From positions 1-54,752 of the forward strand of contig JAYQVF010000003.1 of NCBI GenBank assembly GCA_038148335.1: a DNA stretch of 54,752 nucleotides, given 5' to 3'. This DNA is from Alphaproteobacteria bacterium (GTDB lineage: Bacteria > Pseudomonadota > Alphaproteobacteria > SHVP01). This document shows positions 26,385 through 34,590 of the stretch, piece after piece. The position numbers and the translations under genes were made by a program. Numbering within the stretch: position 1 is the first letter of the stretch; each line of letters begins with the position of its first letter. The notes beneath the pieces were generated by a model. That model searched no databases. It worked only from the letters and a program-made list of their open reading frames with translations, and was not told the origin of the DNA.

Positions 26385-26470
26385 GCCGCGATGGGTATTG
26401 TGTCGCCGTTCGCGGGTCAAGGAAATTGCAACGCTCTGCGGGCTGCGGCGGGTGTAGTAAAGTCCCGGCC

Positions 26471-27445
26471 ATGCCCGACGCCGCCCCGCCTGCGCACAAG
26501 CGCATCCTGGTCATCAAGCACAGCGCGCTGGGCGACTTCATCCTGGCGCTGGGCGCCTTCAGAGCCATTCGGAACCACCATCCCCCGGCGCACATCACGC
26601 TTCTGACGACCGCGCCCTACGCGGATATGGGGCGGGCCTGCGGCTGCTTCGATGCGGTCGAGATCGACCCCAAGCCGAACGCTTTCGAATGGGCCAAGTG
26701 GCTGCGCCTGCGCCGCTTCATCGTGAAGAGCGGCTTCGACCGGATCTATGACCTGCAGCACAGCGACCGGACGCATGCCTATTTCCGGTTCTTCGGGCGG
26801 CGGCCGCCGGAATGGTCGGGCATTGCGCGTGGATGTTCGCACCCGCACGCCAATCCGCGGCGCAACGAGATGCACACGCTGGAGCGCCTTGCGGAACAAC
26901 TGGCCGACGCGGGCATTACGGAGACGCCGGCGCCGGACCTGTCATGGCTCAGGGACGACATCGGAAGTTTCGCGATTGCCGGACCCTACGCGCTACTGGT
27001 TCCCGGCGGCGCGCCGCATCGGCCGGAGAAACGCTGGCCTGCCGATCACTATGCGGCATTGGCGCGACGCCTGGCAGACGCAGGCTTGACGCCCGTCGTC
27101 CTGGGCGGCGACGCAGAGGCAAAGGAGATCGAGCGGATCGTAGAGGGCGAAACCCGCGCGCTCAGCCTGCGCGGCCGCACCTCCCTCGCACAGATTGCGG
27201 AACTCGCGCGTGGCGCGACGGTTGCAATCGGTAACGACACCGGACCGATGCACATCATTGCCGCCGCCGGGTGCCCTTCGGTGGTCCTTTTTTCGAAAGC
27301 ATCGATCCCGGCGCAGACACAGCCGCGCGGCGCCGCCGTCGCCGTTCTGCAACGCGACCGCCTGGACAGTCTGGATGCGGAAACGGTGTACGGCGCCACC
27401 TGCAACCTCGTCCCGACGCTTGCGCGGGCTATTGCGCCAGCCTGA
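26471..27445 (+). CDS. glycosyltransferase family 9 (LPS heptosyltransferase-like)
   Basis: ORF 26426-27445; ATG at 26471. KRILVIKHSALGDFI and GNDTGPMH motifs typical of ADP-heptose:LPS heptosyltransferases. Confidence 0.85.
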   Translation: MPDAAPPAHKRILVIKHSALGDFILALGAFRAIRNHHPPAHITLLTTAPYADMGRACGCFDAVEIDPKPNAFEWAKWLRLRRFIVKSGFDRIYDLQHSDRTHAYFRFFGRRPPEWSGIARGCSHPHANPRRNEMHTLERLAEQLADAGITETPAPDLSWLRDDIGSFAIAGPYALLVPGGAPHRPEKRWPADHYAALARRLADAGLTPVVLGGDAEAKEIERIVEGETRALSLRGRTSLAQIAELARGATVAIGNDTGPMHIIAAAGCPSVVLFSKASIPAQTQPRGAAVAVLQRDRLDSLDAETVYGATCNLVPTLARAIAPA

Positions 27446-27491
27446 CCCGGCAGCGACAATCCGCCCCGACATTCAACGAGCGAGGGTCGAC

Positions 27492-28259
27492 ATGGCGACG
27501 GTCATCAAGCTGTTCAACAACGAAGCCGCGACGGAGTTGCAGCGGCTCCAGCGCGAACTCGTGCTTGCCCATCACATCCTCGACCGTGACGGCCAGGCGC
27601 TCGACATTGCCGGTCACATCACCGCACGGCTGCCGGGCGCATCAACCTTCTGGTCCAACCGCTTCCGGCTCGGCTTCGACGAGGCTGTCCCGAGTGAGCT
27701 GCACGAAGCCGACTTCGACCTCAACGTTGTCAGCGGTCATGGCGAGATCAGCCCGGCGCTCGACGTGCATGCGGCGGTCTATCGCGTCCGTCCCGACGTC
27801 AACGCCATCATCCACACCCATGCACCGAATGCGATGGCACTATCGTCGATCGGCGCCAATCTCGTCATGATCGACCAGCAGGCCTCGATCTTCTTCGAGG
27901 ACATCGTTCTCTTCAACGAGCACCACGGTGTCTTCTTCGAGGGCGAAGGCGAAACCAACCGGATCGCCGCGGCGCTGGGCAAGAACCGCGCGGCCCTGCT
28001 CAAAAACCACGGGATCGTCGTCGTCGGCGCCACGATCCAGGAAGCCGTGATCGGTGCGCAGGTCCTGGAGTACGCGGCCGCCGTGCAGGTCAAGGCCCTG
28101 GCGGCCGGCAAACTCGATCCAATGCCAGAGGCCGCGGCGCGCCAATCCAAGAAATTCCTGGGTTCGAAGGACATCTACGACTGGAAGTTCGACTATTACG
28201 CGCGCCGCGTCCTGCGCGAACGCCCGGATTTGCGCCGCTCTCTCGAGGCCCACGCCTAG
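27492..28259 (+). CDS. class II aldolase/adducin-family protein
   Basis: ORF 27195-28259; ATG at 27492 (MATVIKLF...). The metal-ligand region IIHTHAPNAMAL and LLKNHGIVVVG are typical of the family. Confidence 0.85.
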   Translation: MATVIKLFNNEAATELQRLQRELVLAHHILDRDGQALDIAGHITARLPGASTFWSNRFRLGFDEAVPSELHEADFDLNVVSGHGEISPALDVHAAVYRVRPDVNAIIHTHAPNAMALSSIGANLVMIDQQASIFFEDIVLFNEHHGVFFEGEGETNRIAAALGKNRAALLKNHGIVVVGATIQEAVIGAQVLEYAAAVQVKALAAGKLDPMPEAAARQSKKFLGSKDIYDWKFDYYARRVLRERPDLRRSLEAHA

Positions 28260-28332
28260 CCCAGTTGCGGCCTTCGGGCCGCGCCTGCACAATGGCCGCT
28301 CAAGGCCGACCGCCAACCCCGGGAGCAAAACC

Positions 28333-28908
28333 ATGCCCAATCCTGTACTCCGCCGCGTGCCCCGCGATGAAATGACCGAGCGCATGCGCGCCGATTTCGA
28401 TACCGCGAAGTCCCTGCGCGACGATGCAACCATGAACGAAGTCGGCGCCAACGCGCCCGAACTGATGGAATGGTACAAGGACGAGTTCTACGGGAAGCTG
28501 TTCTTCGCCGGTCGCGTCGAACCGCGGCTCAAGGAACTGCTGCGCTATCGCCTGTCGATGACCCACGGCTGCGCCTATTGCAACAAGGGCAACCGCGTTT
28601 CGGCCCAGAAGCATGGGGTCAAACCGGAGCAGATTAAGTGGATCATGAACGAGGATGCGGACTGCTTCGACGCCAAGGAGCGCGCCGTCCTGCATCTGGC
28701 CGCCCGGGTCGTCGTGTCCAACATGCACGGCAACCTGGACCAGAAGCTCTATGCGGAACTGAAGCCGCACTTCGACGATGCCCAGATTTTCGAACTCGGC
28801 ATGGTCGCCGGCATCCTGACAGGCATGGCGAAGTTCATCTTCGTCTACGACCTGGTCGAGAAAGAAGCGAACTGTCCGGTCGTGCCGCTGACGGAAGCCG
28901 CCGAATAG
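28333..28908 (+). CDS. carboxymuconolactone decarboxylase/AhpD-like family protein
   Basis: ORF 28054-28908; ATG at 28333 after GGGAGC. CxxC in MTHGCAYCN. Helical AhpD-like length (191 aa). Confidence 0.8.
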   Translation: MPNPVLRRVPRDEMTERMRADFDTAKSLRDDATMNEVGANAPELMEWYKDEFYGKLFFAGRVEPRLKELLRYRLSMTHGCAYCNKGNRVSAQKHGVKPEQIKWIMNEDADCFDAKERAVLHLAARVVVSNMHGNLDQKLYAELKPHFDDAQIFELGMVAGILTGMAKFIFVYDLVEKEANCPVVPLTEAAE

Positions 28909-28922
28909 GTTTCCCCGGCACC

Positions 28923-29156
28923 GTGAACGCGCGTTTTCAGGGAACCGCCGGACGCGGCCTCGCACTCCTGACCGCGGGGACGATGGCGGTTCTCGCGCTG
29001 TCGTCCTGCGGCTATCTCAGCATCACCGACCGCTGCTATCGCTCGTACCCGAAGGGCACCGAAGGCTACCGGGAGTGCGTCCGCCGCGAGCAGGCCGAGG
29101 CCGAGCGCGTCCGCGAGCGCGCCGCGCGCCAATTCCCCACGCCCAACCTGCCCTAG
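28923..29156 (+). CDS. small putative lipoprotein (Cys-x-ECV motif)
   Basis: In frame with ORF 28638-29156, with a GTG at 28923. Lipobox LALSSC/G. The mature part is DRCYRSYPKGTEGYRECVRREQ.... The start could instead be the ATG at 28983. Confidence 0.45.
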   Translation: MNARFQGTAGRGLALLTAGTMAVLALSSCGYLSITDRCYRSYPKGTEGYRECVRREQAEAERVRERAARQFPTPNLP

Positions 29157-29160
29157 CGCG

Positions 29161-29562
29161 ATGGCGCGCGAGCGGCAGTTCTATATCGACGCGATCGTCA
29201 GAGACTACTTCGGCGCGATGGATTCGGGCGACGTCGACGCGACCGTCGCCTGCTTCGCCCCCGACGCGACACTGACTTGCGAATCGAGCGACATGCGCCT
29301 CAAGGGGCATGACGAGCTGCGGGCGTTTTTCTCGGACTTGTGCGCGCGGACCGCGGCGATGGTCCACCAGGTGACGAACTTCGTCGTTGACGAGGTTAAC
29401 GGGCGGTGCGCCGTGGAGATCGTCTATCGCAACGAGCACAAGGACGGCACGCTGTTCGACATGGAGAACTGCAACTTCTTCGACTTCGGGCCGGACGGGA
29501 AGTTCGCGCGGGTCCGCTTCTGGACCGGCGAGTTCGTCGACCAGGGCGAACACGGCCGGTAG
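29161..29562 (+). CDS. SnoaL/NTF2-like fold protein
   Basis: 133 aa. IVRDYFGAMDSGDVDATVACFAPDA...ENCNFFDF is typical of SnoaL-like domains. Confidence 0.75.
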   Translation: MARERQFYIDAIVRDYFGAMDSGDVDATVACFAPDATLTCESSDMRLKGHDELRAFFSDLCARTAAMVHQVTNFVVDEVNGRCAVEIVYRNEHKDGTLFDMENCNFFDFGPDGKFARVRFWTGEFVDQGEHGR

Positions 29563-29605
29563 CCGCCTACGGTCGCACCTTCGCCGCGACCGGCTTCTGA
29601 AGTCC

Positions 29606-30727
29606 CTACGCCGGCTTGCGCGCGTCCAGGACGTAAATCCGCATCCCCGGGATATCGGTCGGCGCCAGCGCCACGGTGGCAGCGTTGTGCGAGAAGCCGG
29701 CCTCAACCGCGACCTCGGCCCAGTCGGTGTCGCCCAGCGCCGTCACAAAAGGTTCTGCGTTGTAGTGCGTGCTCCAGCCCGACATTGCCTGCGCGTAGGG
29801 AGACTTGCCTTCGTTGTGGGCGAAGTCCATGTGCAGCGCGATGCCGCCCGGCGCCAACAAGCGATAGGTTTCCTTGAGATAGTTGCGCAGCGCCTTTGAT
29901 GAAGTCTCATGCATCATGATGCATGAGGTAATGAGATCGAAGCTGCCGTCGGGAAAGTCGGTCTTCTCAGCGTTCTGCTGCGAGAAATGGACGGTATAGC
30001 CGAGCGAATCGGCCCGCTTGTGTCCGTAGCGCAGCACGGGCGCGCCGATGTCGATGGCGTGGACCTCGGCATCGGGAAACTTCGCCGCGGCGAGACAAGC
30101 GACCGGCCCCACGCCCGTCCCCATGTCGAGAATGCGTTTCGGCTTGAGGCTGGCGCAGTACTTGTCGAAGTAGGCCATGAGGTTGCGGCCGAAGCCGTCG
30201 TGATAGGGGCCACGATGCCCCCGTGCGTACATGAACGCACCCCGATCGAGCAGCGCACCCTGATAGGCGTCACCGTCGACGTATTCGGTGTGGTAGTTGC
30301 CCGGCATGACGTGGATATCGATGCCGGCGAGGTAGCGCGGCGCCTTGAGCGTCGGATCGAGCCGGAGCGTGCCCTTGGTGCGGCCGGTCCTGGCAATCTT
30401 CCTGTTGAGCGCATCGTCCTGACGATCCAGCGAGTCCTGAACGGAATCCCAGATCATTTCCTGGGTCGTCCGGCTGAGCGAACCCCAGGCCTGATGGAAG
30501 GGATGCCTTTCCATCGCCTGGCGCACCTCCTTGCGATCCTGCGGCTTGCGCCCGTGCGTGCGCTCGAACGACGGCTCAACGGCCAGCCGATAGACGTCGT
30601 CGTTGCCGCCGGCAATATCGGCGGCGACGTATTCACGCAGGCGCAAGGTGAAGTCCTGGCGCGCGAGTTCGTCGTGACTGATCTCCGGGGAGGCGCCGTG
30701 ACGCGCCTGGCGGGTCATGACCTGCAT
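29606..30727 (-). CDS. class I SAM-dependent methyltransferase with N-terminal extension (paralogue 2)
   Basis: 373 aa. ILDMGTGVG, AIDIG, FDLITSCIMMHE, LLAPGGIALHMD, and pre-core IDIHVMPGNYHTEY. About three quarters identical by eye to the adjacent paralogue. Confidence 0.85.
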   Translation of the reverse strand: MQVMTRQARHGASPEISHDELARQDFTLRLREYVAADIAGGNDDVYRLAVEPSFERTHGRKPQDRKEVRQAMERHPFHQAWGSLSRTTQEMIWDSVQDSLDRQDDALNRKIARTGRTKGTLRLDPTLKAPRYLAGIDIHVMPGNYHTEYVDGDAYQGALLDRGAFMYARGHRGPYHDGFGRNLMAYFDKYCASLKPKRILDMGTGVGPVACLAAAKFPDAEVHAIDIGAPVLRYGHKRADSLGYTVHFSQQNAEKTDFPDGSFDLITSCIMMHETSSKALRNYLKETYRLLAPGGIALHMDFAHNEGKSPYAQAMSGWSTHYNAEPFVTALGDTDWAEVAVEAGFSHNAATVALAPTDIPGMRIYVLDARKPA

Positions 30728-30754
30728 TGATTGCCCCTTTCAGGATTGGCCGGA

Positions 30755-31879
30755 CTATTCCGGGATGCGGGCGTCGAGAACGTACATGTGGTTACCCGGC
30801 GCAACGGTCGACATCGGCACGACGACCGCAGCGTTGTGCGAGAAGCCCTCTTGCACGGCAACCTCGGCCCAGTCGGTGTCGCCGAGCGTGCCGATAAACG
30901 GCTCCGCGTTGTAGTGCGTGCTCCAGTCGACCATCGCCTGGAGATAGGGCGTCTTGTCCTCGTTGTGCGGGAAATCCATATGCAGCGCCATGCCGCCTGG
31001 CGCCAGCAGACGCCTGGTTTCCTTGAGGTAGTTGCGCAGCGCCTTGGACGAAGTCTCGTGCATCATGATGCAGGAGATGATCAGGTCGAAGCTCTCCTCC
31101 GCGAAGTCGGTCGATTCGGCGTTCTGCTGCGAGAAGTGAATCGTGTGGCCGAGCGACTCGGCCCGCTTGTGGCCGTAGCGCAGCAACGGCGCGCCGACGT
31201 CGATGGCATGGATCTCCGCGTCGGGAAAACGTTCGGCGAAGGCGCAGGTGACCTGTCCTGCCCCTGAACCCATGTCGAGAATCCGCTTGGGCCGAAATCC
31301 CGGACGCGCCTTGTCGAGGTAGGCGAGAAGATCGCGGCCGTACGAATCGTGATAGGCGCCGCGCATGCCGCGGGCATAGATGAACGCGCCGCGGTCGAGC
31401 AGCGCGCCCTGATAGGCGTCGTCGTCGGTGTATTCGGTGTGGTAGTTGCCAGGCATGCAATGGATGTCGACGGCAGTGAGGTAGCGCGGCGCGGCGACCG
31501 AAGGGTCGAGACGCAGGGACCCCTTCGCCTTGACCACTTGGGCGATGCGCTTGTTGAGCGCATCGTCCTGACGATCAAGAGAATCCTGCACCGAATCCCA
31601 GATCAGTTCCTGAGTCGCGCGATTCAGCGAGCCCCAGGCCTGGTGGTAGGGATGGCGCTCCATGGCCTGACGCACTTCCTTGCGGGACGCCGGCTTGCGG
31701 CCGTGTGCGCGCTCGAAGGCAGGCTCCACATCCAGGCGGTAGACGTCATCGTTGCCGCCGACGATGTCACCGGCGACGTATTCGCGCAGGCGCTGGGCGA
31801 AGTCCTGCCGCGCCATCTCGTCGTGACTGATGTGGGGGAACGCGCCGTGGGGTGCCTGCCGGGTCATCATCGTCGCCAT
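30755..31879 (-). CDS. class I SAM-dependent methyltransferase with N-terminal extension (paralogue 3)
   Basis: ORF 30755-31951. Start moved to the ATG at 31877-31879 (MATMMTRQAPHG...), with AAGGAGG about 6 nt upstream. The N-terminus is colinear with paralogue 2. Confidence 0.85.
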   Translation of the reverse strand: MATMMTRQAPHGAFPHISHDEMARQDFAQRLREYVAGDIVGGNDDVYRLDVEPAFERAHGRKPASRKEVRQAMERHPYHQAWGSLNRATQELIWDSVQDSLDRQDDALNKRIAQVVKAKGSLRLDPSVAAPRYLTAVDIHCMPGNYHTEYTDDDAYQGALLDRGAFIYARGMRGAYHDSYGRDLLAYLDKARPGFRPKRILDMGSGAGQVTCAFAERFPDAEIHAIDVGAPLLRYGHKRAESLGHTIHFSQQNAESTDFAEESFDLIISCIMMHETSSKALRNYLKETRRLLAPGGMALHMDFPHNEDKTPYLQAMVDWSTHYNAEPFIGTLGDTDWAEVAVQEGFSHNAAVVVPMSTVAPGNHMYVLDARIPE

Positions 31880-31949
31880 GGGTGCCTCCTTGGTTACGCG
31901 CCAGTCTAGCGCCCAGCCGAGAAGCCCGCCATCAACCCGAACCGGCAGC

Positions 31950-31977
31950 AAAAAGCCGCCTGGAAGGCGGCTTTTTG
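31950..31977 (-). terminator. rho-independent terminator (symmetrical A/T-flanked hairpin)
   Basis: AAAAAGCCGCC-TGGAA-GGCGGCTTTTT lies 32 nt downstream of the stop of 32009-32866 (minus strand). The T-run follows the stem on the minus strand. Confidence 0.7.
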
Positions 31978-32008
31978 GTCCTAGCTGGGCCGGACACCCA
32001 AGGACGGC

Positions 32009-32866
32009 CTAGACCCGCGTGCGCGGGAAGCCGTGTTCGGCCATGTCGTTCCACACCATCTGGTCGACGATCTTGCCGTCCCGCAAGGTGAAGCGATCGA
32101 TGTAACGGATGTTCTGATACTTCGGCCCGTTAGCCTTTTCACCTTGCAACGTGCCGTAGCAGAAGACGATCGTACCGTCGTCGGCTTCGATTTCATCGAA
32201 GCGCTGGAAGGCCTTCCAGCTGTTCTGGGTGCGCCCCTTCTGGAACGCGATGAGTTCGTCGGGCGTGGTGAAACGGTGGCCGCCCATGAAGATCGTGAAG
32301 AAGCCCTTGCCGATCATCGACCGGGCCGTGTCGAGATCGCGCGCCTCCATGGTGCGGAGGTATTTGAGCACGAACTTCGACGCCTCGCCTTCGGCGGTCT
32401 CGTCGCCGCGCGCGGGCGGGTTCGGCGGGATGGGGCGATCGCCCGGACCGAAGCCGTGCTCGCCCATGTCGTTCCACACCATCTGGCTGACGAACTTGCC
32501 GTCGCGCACCAGAAAGCGGTCGACGAAGCGAATGCCGTTGTACTCCGTCTTCATGTCGAGCTTCTTGCCGTAGAGCGTGCCCCACGCATAGACGACCGTG
32601 CCGTCCGACACGTCGGCCTCGTCGAACCGGTCGAACACCTTGAGCGCCGTTCCCTGGCGGCCTTTGCCGTAGGCGATCAGGTCCTCAAGCGTGTCGAAAT
32701 GGCAGTCGCCCGGAAACACCATGTGGAAACCCGGCGCCAGCATTGCTTTGGCGGCGGCGAGGTCGCGCGCCTCCATGGTACGCAGGTAAGTCAGGACCAT
32801 GTGCGACGCGGATCCCCGGATGAGCAGGGATTCGGCGTCCTGCGGGGCTTCGGCGAGATTGGCCAT
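32009..32866 (-). CDS. tandem (2x) SnoaL/NTF2-like domain protein
   Basis: ORF 32009-33079. Start moved to the ATG at 32864-32866 (GGAGGA upstream). Two homologous halves, each with YLRTMEARDL...RF(V/I)DRF.(V/L)RDGK(F/I)V.QMVWNDM.EHGF. Confidence 0.8.
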   Translation of the reverse strand: MANLAEAPQDAESLLIRGSASHMVLTYLRTMEARDLAAAKAMLAPGFHMVFPGDCHFDTLEDLIAYGKGRQGTALKVFDRFDEADVSDGTVVYAWGTLYGKKLDMKTEYNGIRFVDRFLVRDGKFVSQMVWNDMGEHGFGPGDRPIPPNPPARGDETAEGEASKFVLKYLRTMEARDLDTARSMIGKGFFTIFMGGHRFTTPDELIAFQKGRTQNSWKAFQRFDEIEADDGTIVFCYGTLQGEKANGPKYQNIRYIDRFTLRDGKIVDQMVWNDMAEHGFPRTRV

Positions 32867-32919
32867 AGGGGTGTCCTCCGTTGGTTGAGCGGACCTTAGC
32901 AGGCGATCGCCGCCAGCCG

Positions 32920-33171
32920 CTAGTGATCGGCCTCGTCGGCCCGCAGGAGGGTCAGAAGGAGTGAAAACACCTGAAACCAGACCACGCCGAGAAGCAGGAT
33001 GAAGAGCACGACGCCGGGGATGATCAGGATCGACAGGCCACGCGCTTCGAGCACCGGCAGGCCCGCGGCCACGAACCACAGCCAGCCGCCGACCCCGAGG
33101 GCGAAAGTGACGAGCCCGGCCCCGCCGAGGCTGAGCGCAATGCGCCAGGTAATGAACGGACCTTCTTCCAT
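32920..33171 (-). CDS. small membrane protein (2-3 TM), function unknown
   Basis: ORF 32920-33309; start moved to the ATG at 33169-33171 (MEEGPFITWRIALSLGGAGLV...). Hydrophobic, codon usage consistent with coding. Confidence 0.45.
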   Translation of the reverse strand: MEEGPFITWRIALSLGGAGLVTFALGVGGWLWFVAAGLPVLEARGLSILIIPGVVLFILLLGVVWFQVFSLLLTLLRADEADH

Positions 33172-33298
33172 GCCCCCACTGCCTCGGACTTTCGGCTCCA
33201 GAACCCTTGGACTATGGTACCGCCCGCACGGGCGGTCCAGCCGACCCTCGCACGTCGCCGATGCGGCGCCAACCGGACCATCAACAGGACGAGATATC

Positions 33299-34195
33299 GT
33301 GAGCAGCAACGGACACGGCCCCTATCCCACCCTCAAGGACCAGCTCGCCGGCGACGAGATCATCATTGCGCCCGGCTGCTTCGACGCATTTTCCGCGATG
33401 ATGGTCCAGCAAGCCGGCTTCTCGGTGGGCTACATCACGGGCGCCTCGATCGCCTATACCCGGCTCGGACGGCCGGACATCGGCCTGGTGTCGATGAACG
33501 AGGTCGCGATGACGGTGTCCCTGATTGCCGAACGGGTCGAGATTCCTCTCATCGTCGACGGCGACACCGGCTGGGGCAATGCCATCAACACCCAGCGGAC
33601 CGTGCGCCTGTTCGAGGCCTCGGGAGCGACCGCGATCCAGCTCGAGGACCAGACCTTTCCCAAGCGCTGCGGCCACCTGAAGGGCAAGAGCCTGATCCCG
33701 GCCGCCGAGATGGTGGGCAAGATCAAGGCCGCCGCCGACGCACGGCGCGCGGACGATTTCCTCATCATCGGCCGTACCGACGCCATCGCGGTCGAGGGCT
33801 ACGACAAAGCGATCGAGCGTGCCGAACGCTATGTCGAGGCCGGCGCCGATATCCTGTTCATCGAAGCCCCGGAAAGCGAAGACCAGCAGCGCGACATGTG
33901 CGCCCGCTTCAAGGGCCGGGTGCCGCTGCTGGCCAACATGGTCGAGGGCGGTTCGACGCCGCTCAAAACCGCCGCCGACCTGCAGGAACTCGGCTATTCG
34001 ATCGTGATTTTCCCGGGTGGCCTGTTCCGCGCCTACAGCCTGCTCGCCGGCGAGTACTTCGCGAGCCTGAAGAAGCACGGGACGACCAACGCGTTCCGCA
34101 ACCGGATGTACGATCTGAAACAGATCAACGATCTGCTGGGGACGGACGAAATCCTGAAGAACGGCGCGCAATACGACGCTGCGAACTTCGAATAG
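33299..34195 (+). CDS. isocitrate lyase/PEP mutase superfamily enzyme (methylisocitrate-lyase / carboxyvinyl-carboxyphosphonate phosphorylmutase-like)
   Basis: In frame with ORF 32999-34195, with a GTG at 33299. Motifs: APGCFDAFSA, IVDGDTGWGN, EDQTFPKRCGHLKGK, GADILFIE. Confidence 0.85.
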   Translation: MSSNGHGPYPTLKDQLAGDEIIIAPGCFDAFSAMMVQQAGFSVGYITGASIAYTRLGRPDIGLVSMNEVAMTVSLIAERVEIPLIVDGDTGWGNAINTQRTVRLFEASGATAIQLEDQTFPKRCGHLKGKSLIPAAEMVGKIKAAADARRADDFLIIGRTDAIAVEGYDKAIERAERYVEAGADILFIEAPESEDQQRDMCARFKGRVPLLANMVEGGSTPLKTAADLQELGYSIVIFPGGLFRAYSLLAGEYFASLKKHGTTNAFRNRMYDLKQINDLLGTDEILKNGAQYDAANFE

Positions 34196-34205
34196 GAAGC
34201 AGAAC

Positions 34206-34523
34206 GTGCGCCTGTTGCGATTCGTCGTCGTCGGGCTGGCCTGCCTTGCGCTGTCGGGATGCGCGGGGTTTTCGAACGTCACGCTGAAACCGTTCGGCCT
34301 TGGGGCGAGCAGCCTGAGCAGTGCTCAGAAATGTACCGGCCAAGGCTACCGCAAGGGCAGCACCATCTTCGGCGAATGCGTGTCCTTCTACGACAAGCAG
34401 ACCGCCACGAACCGGCGCAACATCGCCCTGGCTATCGGCGTCGCGGCCGTTAGCGTTATCGCTTTCGAGGGCCAGTGCGACTGTCTCTTCGGACCCGACC
34501 GCGGCGACAAGTTCAGCCGTTAG
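34206..34523 (+). CDS. small lipoprotein (Cys-x-ECV motif)
   Basis: 105 aa, GTG start after AGGAAG. Lipobox LALSGC/A. The mature part contains KCTGQGYRKGSTIFGECVSFYDKQ and a C-terminal hydrophobic segment. Followed by a terminator. Confidence 0.6.
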   Translation: MRLLRFVVVGLACLALSGCAGFSNVTLKPFGLGASSLSSAQKCTGQGYRKGSTIFGECVSFYDKQTATNRRNIALAIGVAAVSVIAFEGQCDCLFGPDRGDKFSR

Positions 34524-34542
34524 GCCGGCCCACCCTCAAAAC

Positions 34543-34570
34543 AAAAAGCCCCGCCAAGGCGGGGCTTTTC
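34543..34570. terminator. bidirectional rho-independent terminator
   Basis: AAAAAGCCCCGCC-AA-GGCGGGGCTTTT lies between the convergent genes 34206-34523 (+) and 34591-35124 (-). Confidence 0.75.
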
Positions 34571-34590
34571 ATGTCAGGTCGATCGACGGA

